Assembly (NCBI GenBank): GCA_026387835.1
Contig: JAPLKZ010000010.1
Span: 296,379-328,378, forward strand
Length of the DNA stretch: 32,000 bases
Source: Candidatus Saganbacteria bacterium
Lineage (GTDB): Bacteria > Margulisbacteria > WOR-1 > JAKLHX01
Reading direction: 5' to 3'
The position numbers and the translations under genes were made by a program. This document shows positions 1 to 6,871 of this stretch, one piece after another; within the stretch, counting starts at the first letter, position 1, and every line of letters starts with the position of its first letter. The notes under the pieces are model-generated. The model was not told the DNA's origin, made no database searches, and saw only the letters and a program-made list of their open reading frames with translations.

Positions 1-380
1 ATGACGGGACCGGAAACATGCCCGGCTATCAGGTGCGGAGCGCCTGCCATGCTGTGCCGCATTATTATGGCATCGGTCCCGATAGCTTCAAGATTTCTGG
101 CGGTATCTATCAGTGTCTCGCCTTTCACGACGCTGCTGGTGCCGGCGGCAATGCTGTTGGTCGATGCCGAAAGAAGTTTTGCCGCTGTTTCAAAAGAATT
201 CTTTGTCCGCGTGCTCGGCTCGTAAAAAAGCGTGGTCACTATCTTGCCGGAAAGCGCGGGAACGGTCCTCATCGGCCGCGAGAGGATCTCTTTCATGCTT
301 TCTGCGGTGTTGAGTATCTGATTGATCTCGCCGGCGGACAGTTCTTTGAGACCGAGGAGGTCTTTTGACTTTAGCGCCAT
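1..380 (-). CDS. pyrB: aspartate carbamoyltransferase catalytic subunit, N-terminal ~126 codons (gene continues past left edge)
   Basis: Not in the ORF track because it is open to the window edge. Hand translation from ATG 380-378 gives [126 protein letters not shown]. It carries the EPSTRTxxSFE carbamoyl-phosphate motif and the KGETLxDT...RH block typical of ATCase. Confidence 0.8.
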   Translation of the reverse strand, partial: MALKSKDLLGLKELSAGEINQILNTAESMKEILSRPMRTVPALSGKIVTTLFYEPSTRTKNSFETAAKLLSASTNSIAAGTSSVVKGETLIDTARNLEAIGTDAIIMRHSMAGAPHLIAGHVSGPV

Positions 381-423
381 GTTGATTTTTGCCTTCGGTT
401 ATTATATCATACACAAGGAAGCA

Positions 424-1686
424 ATGAAAATCTTAGCTCTCAACTGCGGAAGCTCCTCCGTAAAATACCAGCTCTACGATTGGACCCAGAAAAAGGTAAT
501 TTGTAAGGGGATGGCCGACCGCGTCGGACTTCCCTCGGGTTCACTATGTCACGAAGTGCCCGGGAAGCCGGACCTGGTCCTTGAAAAGGATTGCCCAAAC
601 CATTGCGTTGCGATCGACCAGATACTTAAAGTGCTTGTTGATCCCGGTTACGGCATGATCGCGGATATAAAAGAGATATCCGCCGTGGGCCACAGGGTAG
701 TGCACGGCGGGGAAAAATTCCAGCGCTCGGTAAAGATAGATGATGACGTGCTCGCGGCAATAAAAGAAGTCAAGGACCTTGCCCCGCTGCATAACCCTCC
801 CAACATCGAGGGGATTGAAGCCGCAATGAAAGTCCTTCCGGAAGTCCCCCATGTAGCTGTATTTGATACCGCATTTCACCAGACAATGCCGCCGGAAGCA
901 TATCTGTATGCCGTGCCTTTTGAATGGTACAAGATGTATGGCGTAAGGAAATACGGATTTCACGGCACTTCCCATCTTTATGTCTCAAAAAGGGCCGCGG
1001 TACTTTTGAAGAAGAAGCCCACGGAAACAAATGTAATAACTCTTCATATAGGCAACGGGGTCAGTGTAGCGGCTATTAAAAACGGTGTCTCGATCGACAC
1101 ATCAATGGGACTGACTCCTCTTGCCGGCGCGATAATGGGGACCCGGAGCGGCGATCTTGATCCTGCGATCGTCATTTTTATGATCGAGAAAGAAGGTTTC
1201 TACGCGAAAGAGCTTGATAAAATTCTTAACAACAAAAGCGGCTTGCTGGGTATAACCGGCAAATACTCGGACAGACGCGAGATCGAAAAAGCTTCCGCCG
1301 CAGGCGATGAAAGGTGCCGGATGGCAATAGACATGGAAGCTTACAGGCTCAAAAAGATAATCGGTTCATACATCGCTTCGATAGGACAGGTAGACGCCAT
1401 CGTATTTACCGCGGGCGCAGGCGAGATGGACGCAAATCTCAGGGCCCGGACGCTGGCAGGGCTGGAATCTTTGGGGATTAAATTCGATCCCGTCAAAAAC
1501 GGGAACGCAAAGACCCACGGGGTCGAATCCGTAATATCGGCTGACGATTCAAAGATAAAGATCTTTGTTATTCCGACCAATGAAGAGCAGGTGTTCATCG
1601 AGGACGTGGTCGCGATCATTGAAGGCAGGTACGACATTCACACAAAGTTCACCTATTCTTTCCAAAGCGAGGATTACAAAATATGA
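424..1686 (+). CDS. ackA: acetate kinase
   Basis: Track ORF 322..1686. The conserved N-terminus MKILALNCGSSSVKYQLYD begins at ATG 424, after AAGGA at 415-419. The whole length looks like acetate/propionate kinase (GHRVVHGG, FDTAFHQTMP, YGFHGTSH, IPTNEE). The upstream extension overlaps the pyrB start and is discarded. Confidence 0.9.
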   Translation: MKILALNCGSSSVKYQLYDWTQKKVICKGMADRVGLPSGSLCHEVPGKPDLVLEKDCPNHCVAIDQILKVLVDPGYGMIADIKEISAVGHRVVHGGEKFQRSVKIDDDVLAAIKEVKDLAPLHNPPNIEGIEAAMKVLPEVPHVAVFDTAFHQTMPPEAYLYAVPFEWYKMYGVRKYGFHGTSHLYVSKRAAVLLKKKPTETNVITLHIGNGVSVAAIKNGVSIDTSMGLTPLAGAIMGTRSGDLDPAIVIFMIEKEGFYAKELDKILNNKSGLLGITGKYSDRREIEKASAAGDERCRMAIDMEAYRLKKIIGSYIASIGQVDAIVFTAGAGEMDANLRARTLAGLESLGIKFDPVKNGNAKTHGVESVISADDSKIKIFVIPTNEEQVFIEDVVAIIEGRYDIHTKFTYSFQSEDYKI

Positions 1687-2471
1687 GGGTGATCATAACA
1701 AAAGATTACGATGAGATGAGCAGAAAAGCCGCGGAATTCATCGTAAAGGAACTGAAAAATAAACCGGACTCGATATTGTGCCTTGCGACCGGGACCACAC
1801 CTGTCAGCACATATAAGGAACTTGTCCGCCTTTATAAAGATAAGAAAGTCGATTTTTCAAAGGTCTCGACATTCAATCTTGACGAGTATTACGGGCTTGC
1901 CGACGACCATCCGCAGAGCTATCACTATTTCATGAACGAACATCTTTTCAGGCATATCAACCTTAAAAAAAGCAACTCGATGATACCCGACGGAAAAGTC
2001 AAAGACATAGAAAAATACTGCTTTCATTACGAATGGGAGATAAAACAGAAAGGCGGCATAGACCTCCAGCTTCTCGGGCTCGGCCGCGACGGCCACGTGG
2101 GCTTCAACGAACCTGGCTCTTCTCTCGGCTCCAGGACAAGATTGAAGACCCTTACTGAAGAGACCGTCGAGGACAATTCCAGGTTCTTCAAGAAGAAGGA
2201 TGAAGTCCCGAGATATGTCCTGACCATGGGTATCGGCACAATAATGGAGGCAAAAAAGATACTCCTTCTGGTCTCCGGCGAGAACAAGGCCGGCGTGCTG
2301 CAAAAAGTGGTGGAAGGTCCGATAACCTCTATGGTGCCGGCTTCGGCCCTTCAGATGCACAGAAATGTCATACTTATAGCTGACGAAGCGGCAGCGTCCC
2401 GGCTTTCAAGAAAAGATTATTATGTGTATGTTGAAAAGATGCAGGAGCGCCATGAAAAGGGCGAGATCTGA
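1683..2471 (+). CDS. nagB: glucosamine-6-phosphate deaminase
   Basis: LATGTTP, FNLDEY and GLGRDGHVGFNEPGSS are NagB / 6-phosphogluconolactonase-family motifs. ATG 1683 overlaps the ackA stop (ATGA). Confidence 0.85.
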   Translation: MRVIITKDYDEMSRKAAEFIVKELKNKPDSILCLATGTTPVSTYKELVRLYKDKKVDFSKVSTFNLDEYYGLADDHPQSYHYFMNEHLFRHINLKKSNSMIPDGKVKDIEKYCFHYEWEIKQKGGIDLQLLGLGRDGHVGFNEPGSSLGSRTRLKTLTEETVEDNSRFFKKKDEVPRYVLTMGIGTIMEAKKILLLVSGENKAGVLQKVVEGPITSMVPASALQMHRNVILIADEAAASRLSRKDYYVYVEKMQERHEKGEI

Positions 2472-3580
2472 TGGACATTCAATTTTTTGACGATGAGGAA
2501 GTAAGGAACCTTCGGCCGTTGAATTTTATCAAGATGACCGAGGAGCTCCGCTGCGGAGTCCTCACCCTTGAAGAAAAAGCCGGCCTTTTGTTCTCCAGGA
2601 CCAGATCGCCATTTACATTATTATTGAATTCAAGATTGATAGCCGGTCCGGATCTTGCGAAAGAAATAGCAGTCCGCAAACACGAGCATGTTTTTACATC
2701 CAACGGCAGAATAGTCGCGGCCCTTATACGTAAAAAAGATATTGCTTTCTCCCGCACTTCGGCTATCCAGTTTTTCAATTCTTCAGTTATTCACAGGAGA
2801 GAGATAAGGGCCTCGCTTGTTTCCTACCCCTGGGATATCATCCACAAGAACGCCGAAGAGATAAAAAATGACATCGCCCTTCTCAGACCAAAAAGATCCC
2901 TTAATAAAGACATCTACATCGGCAAAGACTGCAAGATAAAACCCGGCGTCGTGCTCGATCCGGAGGACGGGCCGATCTTTATCGACGACGGGGCAAAGAT
3001 ACTCGCGAACTCCGTAATTATGGGCCCGTGCTACATCGGAAAAGGAACAACGATAAAAGCCATAGCGAAGATCTACGGCGGCACATCCATAGGTCCGATG
3101 TGCAAGGTCGGCGGAGAAGTGGAGGGTTCGATATTCCAGGGGTACTCCAACAAACAGCACGACGGTTTCCTCGGTCATTCATATATCTGCGAGTGGGTCA
3201 ATCTTGGGGCTGACACGAACAATTCTGATCTTAAGAATAATTACAGCAATGTAAAGGTCTATATGAACGGCAAGATGATAGACAGCGGCATTATGTTCGT
3301 CGGGCTCATGATGGGAGACCATTCAAAAGCGGGCATCAATACGATGTTCAATACAGGGACCGTTGTCGGAGTGTCTTCAAATGTCTTCGGAGCGGGATTC
3401 CCTCCAAAATTTATTCCGTCTTTTTCATGGGGCGGAGCTGAGAAGATGGTCGAATATGACATCGAAAAGGCCATTCAGACTGCAAAAGCCGTGATGAAGA
3501 GAAGAAGGTTCGTGATGACAATTGATTACGAAAACAAGCTCCGCAGTGTTTTTGCCGAAACCGCTCAGGAAAGAAAATAA
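2471..3580 (+). CDS. GlmU-like sugar nucleotidyltransferase/acyltransferase with C-terminal left-handed beta-helix
   Basis: Hexapeptide-repeat region IGKDCKIKPGVVL...IGKGTTIKAIAKIYGGTSIGPMCKVGGEVEGSIFQGYSNKQHDGFLGHSYICEWVNLGADTNNSDLKNNY. As I remember it, this resembles the alternative bacterial GlmU-like 'putative sugar nucleotidyl transferase' family. The start overlaps the nagB stop (TGATG). Confidence 0.55.
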   Translation: MDIQFFDDEEVRNLRPLNFIKMTEELRCGVLTLEEKAGLLFSRTRSPFTLLLNSRLIAGPDLAKEIAVRKHEHVFTSNGRIVAALIRKKDIAFSRTSAIQFFNSSVIHRREIRASLVSYPWDIIHKNAEEIKNDIALLRPKRSLNKDIYIGKDCKIKPGVVLDPEDGPIFIDDGAKILANSVIMGPCYIGKGTTIKAIAKIYGGTSIGPMCKVGGEVEGSIFQGYSNKQHDGFLGHSYICEWVNLGADTNNSDLKNNYSNVKVYMNGKMIDSGIMFVGLMMGDHSKAGINTMFNTGTVVGVSSNVFGAGFPPKFIPSFSWGGAEKMVEYDIEKAIQTAKAVMKRRRFVMTIDYENKLRSVFAETAQERK

Positions 3581-3635
3581 CCAACAAAGTTCTTTTTTCC
3601 CTTATATTTTTTAGCTCGGTTTTCCGGACTATCTT

Positions 3636-3644
3636 TGCTATAAT
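3636..3644 (+). promoter_or_regulatory. extended -10 promoter element TGcTATAAT, probably the original tRNA-Gln promoter
   Basis: tgctataat at 3636-3644, 9 nt upstream of the duplicated tRNA 5' segment at 3654. No convincing -35 element. Confidence 0.45.
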
Positions 3645-3673
3645 ACTTTTAATTGCCGGATCGGCTAACGGCC

Positions 3674-3705
3674 CGCCCGCAACGCTTCGCGTAGCGATGC
3701 GGGCG
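3674..3705 (+). other. GC-rich hairpin inserted into the duplicated tRNA D-loop fragment
   Basis: cgcccgcaacgct (3674-3686) pairs with agcgatgcgggcg (3693-3705): 13 bp with one A/A mismatch and a tcgcgt loop. It is flanked by the tRNA-derived aacgg and cggtagg. Confidence 0.6.
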
Positions 3706-3726
3706 CGGTAGGACAGGAGCTATAAA

Positions 3727-3969
3727 GTGTATTTCACATATGTGTTGAGGAGCATTAAAGACGGGAAACTTTATGTTGGGTTTACGGAGAATTTAGAAAA
3801 TCGAGTGGCCCTTCATAATAAAGGGGAAATCGAATCAACGTCTAACAGAAGACCTCTGGAACTTATTTATTATGAAGCGTGCAATAATAAACATGATGCT
3901 TTGGATCGTGAAAGACAATTGAAAACAGGCTTTGGGCGAGCATACTTAAAAAGAAGGATATCAAAATAG
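3727..3969 (+). CDS. small GIY-YIG nuclease-domain protein (URI domain, YhbQ/COG2827-like)
   Basis: (V)YFTYVLRSIKDGKLYVGFTENLENRVALHNKG...R...ELIYYE...ALDRERQLK matches the GIY-(x10)-YVG plus conserved R/E/N pattern. GTG start follows AGGAG at 3715-3719. Confidence 0.8.
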   Translation: MYFTYVLRSIKDGKLYVGFTENLENRVALHNKGEIESTSNRRPLELIYYEACNNKHDALDRERQLKTGFGRAYLKRRISK

Positions 3970-3977
3970 GTCTTTAT

Positions 3978-4048
3978 TGCCGGATCGGCTAACGGTAGGC
4001 CATCGCCCTTTGGAGGCGACTATCCTGGTTCGAGTCCAGGTCCGGCAG
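3978..4048 (+). tRNA. tRNA-Gln (anticodon UUG)
   Basis: Hand-folded cloverleaf. Acceptor stem TGCCGGA/TCCGGCA (U1:A72, discriminator G73). D stem GGCT/GGCC with loop AACGGTA. Anticodon stem TCGCC/GGCGA with loop CTTTGGA, giving anticodon TTG. Variable loop 4 nt. T arm CCTGG-TTCGAGT-CCAGG. CCA is not encoded. Confidence 0.85.
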
Positions 4049-4237
4049 TCCTTCGACTCGGCGTTGCGCGCCTCGCTCAGGACAAGTGCCTCTTTCCGAG
4101 GCGAAGGAAACCGAGCAACGAGCGAAGTTGCGAGCTTTGTCGAGCCACGAAGCGAGGAGTCGAGGTTCTATAACCGCTCGGCGCAAGTTATTCTTTTTAT
4201 CTCGGAATAAATATTGGCACCCTGTCCAATTTTTTCG

Positions 4238-4459
4238 CTAAAGATCTATCCCGATAATCTTCTTTCTATTTTTTTCACCGGACAGTATTTTTATCTGTTT
4301 TTTCTTAATTTTGAAATGCTCCATTAACGCCTCTATCACCGCCTCATTGGCCTTCCCTTCTAACGCCGGAGCATTTACGTAAATCTTTAACTGTTTTTCT
4401 TCCTCGATTATCCTTTGCTTTTTTGCATTGGGAATGACCTTTACATTGATGCGTTTCAT
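4238..4459 (-). CDS. DUF167 (YggU/UPF0235) family protein
   Basis: The pattern VKVIPNAKK...LKIYVNAPALEGKANEAVIEAL...I..G..NRKKII matches the YggU family layout (V.P.A...V.V.APP..GKAN). Confidence 0.7.
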   Translation of the reverse strand: MKRINVKVIPNAKKQRIIEEEKQLKIYVNAPALEGKANEAVIEALMEHFKIKKKQIKILSGEKNRKKIIGIDL

Positions 4460-4483
4460 ATCAATATTGCTGGATATTCATAA

Positions 4484-5110
4484 TCATTTAAGCACTTTAC
4501 CGGTTTCAAGATACCAAAGATAAAGATCGAGCTCTCCAAGGCTCATGTTCATTTTTTTTGCGAGTGATCTAAGGACTTTTTCAACTTCAATATATTTTCC
4601 CTTTGACATTGTCTTGAAGCTTTTTATCATTTTGTGTTCTTTCAGGATATCAACAATATGGAAATCAATTATCGCACAGTTGCAGCGTCCGATATTCCTC
4701 AGAAAATGGCTTGACTCCTTATATCCCAGCCCCTTTATATTCTTTGCAAGCCATTCTCTTACGATTTGATCCTCTGATATTTCATTTAAGATCTTTAAAA
4801 TGACTTTTTTATGTTTCCTTGCCTCCACTACGAACTTTGCCCTTGTATTTGGAAAGCGGTGCCCCAGCTCCTTAAGTCTTTTTGATAATTCTTCCAGTGA
4901 GAGTTTATGAAATCCGCCTTTGATTTTGTTTTGTATCTTTATGCTGCGTTCGGCGTTGAAATTGGCAGTCATGAGACAGAAGCAGAGTTCATTGAAAATT
5001 ACATCAATAGAACTATTACCGGCCGACCCAAACTTTTTCATCCGTTGGTCGATGACCTTTTTTATCGGGGATTTACGGAGAGATCTGATGGAGCTGATTA
5101 GTTTATGCAT
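4484..5110 (-). CDS. ogg: archaeal-type 8-oxoguanine DNA glycosylase/AP lyase (Ogg2, HhH-GPD)
   Basis: Collinear with my recollection of Methanocaldococcus Ogg: ELCFCLMTANFNAE, LGHRFPNTRAKF, NIKGLGYKESSHFLRNIG, AIIDFHI and C-terminal LDLYLWYLETGKVLK. Confidence 0.8.
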   Translation of the reverse strand: MHKLISSIRSLRKSPIKKVIDQRMKKFGSAGNSSIDVIFNELCFCLMTANFNAERSIKIQNKIKGGFHKLSLEELSKRLKELGHRFPNTRAKFVVEARKHKKVILKILNEISEDQIVREWLAKNIKGLGYKESSHFLRNIGRCNCAIIDFHIVDILKEHKMIKSFKTMSKGKYIEVEKVLRSLAKKMNMSLGELDLYLWYLETGKVLK

Positions 5111-5116
5111 TATAGA

Positions 5117-5176
5117 GCTGAAGGCTGAAGAGCTGAAGTTCTGAAGATGTCGTACTTCAGCCTTCAGCTCTTCAGC
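5117..5176 (-). terminator. large intercistronic hairpin built from GCTGAAG heptamers (terminator, attenuator or RNA-stability element between rbr and ogg)
   Basis: gctgaagagctgaag (5124-5138) pairs with cttcagctcttcagc (5162-5176). ctgaag (5141-5146) pairs with cttcag (5155-5160). Loop is atgtcgta. The hairpin lies 9 nt after the rbr stop and 6 nt before the ogg ATG. There is no U-run on the minus strand, so classical termination is uncertain. Confidence 0.5.
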
Positions 5177-5185
5177 ACTTTGTTT

Positions 5186-5767
5186 TCAGTAATTCTCCGC
5201 CAATATTTCGTAATAAGCCTGGGGATGCTTGCAGGCCGGGCATTCTGCCGGAGCTTCAGTACCTTCATGGACATACCCGCAATTGCGGCAGCGCCATTTC
5301 ACCGACTTATCTTTTTTAAATACTTTATTTTCTTTCACGCTTGCAAGGAGTTTTCTGTATCTTTTCTCATGCTGGGCCTCGACTTCCGCGATCTCACGGA
5401 AAGATGTCGCAATATCCTGAAAACCTTCCTGCTCCGCGGTATCCGCCGCTTCTTTGTACAGTTTTGTCCATTCCATATTCTCTCCGGCTGCCGCGCCTTC
5501 AAGATTCTTTGCAGTAGTACCGATCACCCCGGCAGGATATCCCGCGGTTATCACCAGCTCTCCGCCTTCGAGATATTTAAAGAATACTTTTGCGTGTTCT
5601 TTTTCATTTTCGGCCGTTTCAAGGAATATCGCCGATATCTGTTCCAATCCTTCCTTTTTTGCCGCTCCCGCGAAATACGAGTACCTGTTTCTCGCCTGTG
5701 ATTCGCCTGCAAATGATGCTAATAGATTCTTTTCCGTCCTCGTCCCTTTAACTGATTTTGCCATCAT
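5186..5767 (-). CDS. rbr: rubrerythrin
   Basis: N-terminal ferritin-like diiron domain ([22 protein letters not shown]) plus a C-terminal rubredoxin-like CRNCG...CPAC domain. AAGGAG SD upstream. Confidence 0.9.
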   Translation of the reverse strand: MMAKSVKGTRTEKNLLASFAGESQARNRYSYFAGAAKKEGLEQISAIFLETAENEKEHAKVFFKYLEGGELVITAGYPAGVIGTTAKNLEGAAAGENMEWTKLYKEAADTAEQEGFQDIATSFREIAEVEAQHEKRYRKLLASVKENKVFKKDKSVKWRCRNCGYVHEGTEAPAECPACKHPQAYYEILAENY

Positions 5768-5779
5768 TTTTCTCCTTTT

Positions 5780-6160
5780 TTAAGATTTCCAGAGTCCGTG
5801 CAGATTGCAGTATTCCCTTGCGGACATCGTCCCGTTTGCCAGTTTAAATACTGCTTCGGGCGTCATGCCCGGCCTTAGGAATTCCCGATAAGATCTGTCT
5901 CCCGCTATTATCTGCACCCATTGTATATAATGCTTGTCCTCCATCGGGTGCGCAATGCTCCCGATCTTTACTTTGATCCCTTCGGACATTTTTTCAATGA
6001 CCGGCACGTGTTTTTCTTTTGAAGCATCAACCGTGTTCTCTACCTGAAGGACCATCGGCTGTCCGCAGCAGACCAACTCTCCTCCTCCGACGAATAATAC
6101 TTCGACTATATTTCCGCAGACGCTGCATTTATAGACTTCCAGCCTGTTTGCTACTGCCAT
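5780..6160 (-). CDS. dfx: desulfoferrodoxin (2Fe superoxide reductase)
   Basis: N-terminal desulforedoxin CSVCGNIVE...CCG and a neelaredoxin domain ([25 protein letters not shown]). AAAGGAG SD. Confidence 0.9.
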   Translation of the reverse strand: MAVANRLEVYKCSVCGNIVEVLFVGGGELVCCGQPMVLQVENTVDASKEKHVPVIEKMSEGIKVKIGSIAHPMEDKHYIQWVQIIAGDRSYREFLRPGMTPEAVFKLANGTMSAREYCNLHGLWKS

Positions 6161-6180
6161 GTTTTGCTCCTTTCGATTTT

Positions 6181-6678
6181 CTATCCGTGAAATTTTCGTT
6201 GCCCCAGCAATGCATCCAATCCGGCAATCTTTTCTTTAGAACCACCTGCCTTTTTAAAATTATTGACCTGCTTTTCCGCTGATTCTTCCTCTTCAACCTG
6301 TTCTTTGACAAACCATTGGAGGAATTTTTCAGCATCGCTTTCTTTTTCCGACCTCGCCATTTCAACCAGAGCGTTTATCAGTCCGGTGACCATTTTTTCA
6401 TGAGCCAGTGTGTGCTCAAAAGCGGCAAGAGGGCTTTCCCATTGAGACTCCGGAGCCTCGATAGGCAGCATCAGCGCTCTTGATCCTCTGGCGTACAGAT
6501 AATCATATATCTTAGTGGCGTGCACCATCTCTTCCTGAAACTGGACCTTCATCCAGTTCGCGCCTCCCTTCAGGCCGATGGAATCAAAATATGAGGCCAT
6601 TGAAAGATAAAGGTACGCGGAATAGATCTCCCTGTTGACCTGGACATTGAGCGCGCCGGATAACTTGTTGGATATCAC
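6181..6678 (-). CDS. ftn: non-haem ferritin
   Basis: [22 protein letters not shown]....[21 protein letters not shown] matches Ftn-type ferroxidase-centre residues. The GTG start shares one nt with the rubredoxin stop (TAGTG). Confidence 0.85.
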   Translation of the reverse strand: MISNKLSGALNVQVNREIYSAYLYLSMASYFDSIGLKGGANWMKVQFQEEMVHATKIYDYLYARGSRALMLPIEAPESQWESPLAAFEHTLAHEKMVTGLINALVEMARSEKESDAEKFLQWFVKEQVEEEESAEKQVNNFKKAGGSKEKIAGLDALLGQRKFHG

Positions 6679-6839
6679 TATTTTATTTCCTCAAACTGGT
6701 CTTTGGCCGCCCCGCATACCGGACAGACCCAGCTATCTGGCAGTTTTTCAAACGGTGTGCCTGCCGGCGCTCCGTTATCCGGGTCCCCGCTTGCCGGGTC
6801 ATAAACATAACCGCAGACATTGCATACATATTTTTTCAT
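6678..6839 (-). CDS. rub: rubredoxin (53 aa)
   Basis: Absent from the ORF track (under 60 aa). Hand translation from ATG 6839-6837 gives [53 protein letters not shown]. It has the two CxxCG knuckles and the canonical Y.YDP...F..LP..W.CP.CG core. GGAGGG SD sits 5 nt upstream. Confidence 0.9.
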   Translation of the reverse strand: MKKYVCNVCGYVYDPASGDPDNGAPAGTPFEKLPDSWVCPVCGAAKDQFEEIK

Positions 6840-6871
6840 TTATTCCCTCCGACTTGCTGATGATAAGACCA

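Larger units (their letters stand above)
3652..3995 (+). mobile_element. GIY-YIG ORF cassette bounded by 20-nt direct repeats derived from the 5' end of tRNA-Gln
   Basis: attgccggatcggctaacgg occurs at 3652-3671 and again at 3976-3995. The second copy is the first 18 nt of the intact tRNA plus 2 nt of leader. A hairpin, an SD and the GIY-YIG ORF lie between the two copies. Confidence 0.45.

Noticed and set aside
322-423. N-terminal extensions of track ORFs: ackA 322-423, nadE 20158-20310, EamA 17992-18096, DUF1805 18293-18379, mutarotase-like 13168-13218
   Set aside because: Each extension overlaps a neighbouring gene or promoter and precedes a conserved family N-terminus that has its own SD. 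The internal starts were preferred.
3652-4048. Group I intron in tRNA, or a split-tRNA (Nanoarchaeum-style) gene
   Set aside because: A complete, uninterrupted cloverleaf exists at 3978-4048. The upstream piece is only the first ~19-25 nt, the interruption is in the D-loop rather than the anticodon loop, and no group I core elements were recognisable.
3977-4210. 77-aa plus-strand and 65-aa minus-strand ORFs
   Set aside because: Both read straight through the tRNA-Gln gene and the GC-rich structured spacer. The peptides are low-complexity Arg/Ser/Ala-rich strings typical of translated RNA or repeat sequence.
5117-5176. Possible mini-CRISPR or tandem-repeat array of GCTGAAG units
   Set aside because: The units are 7 nt, contiguous and arranged as an inverted repeat, with no spacers. 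This is a hairpin, not a CRISPR array. No CRISPR-like array was seen anywhere in the window.
5147-5701. 184-aa plus-strand ORF
   Set aside because: Lies entirely antisense to the well-supported rubrerythrin gene. Its sequence is low-complexity and Phe/Leu/Arg-rich with no motif, so it is a shadow ORF.
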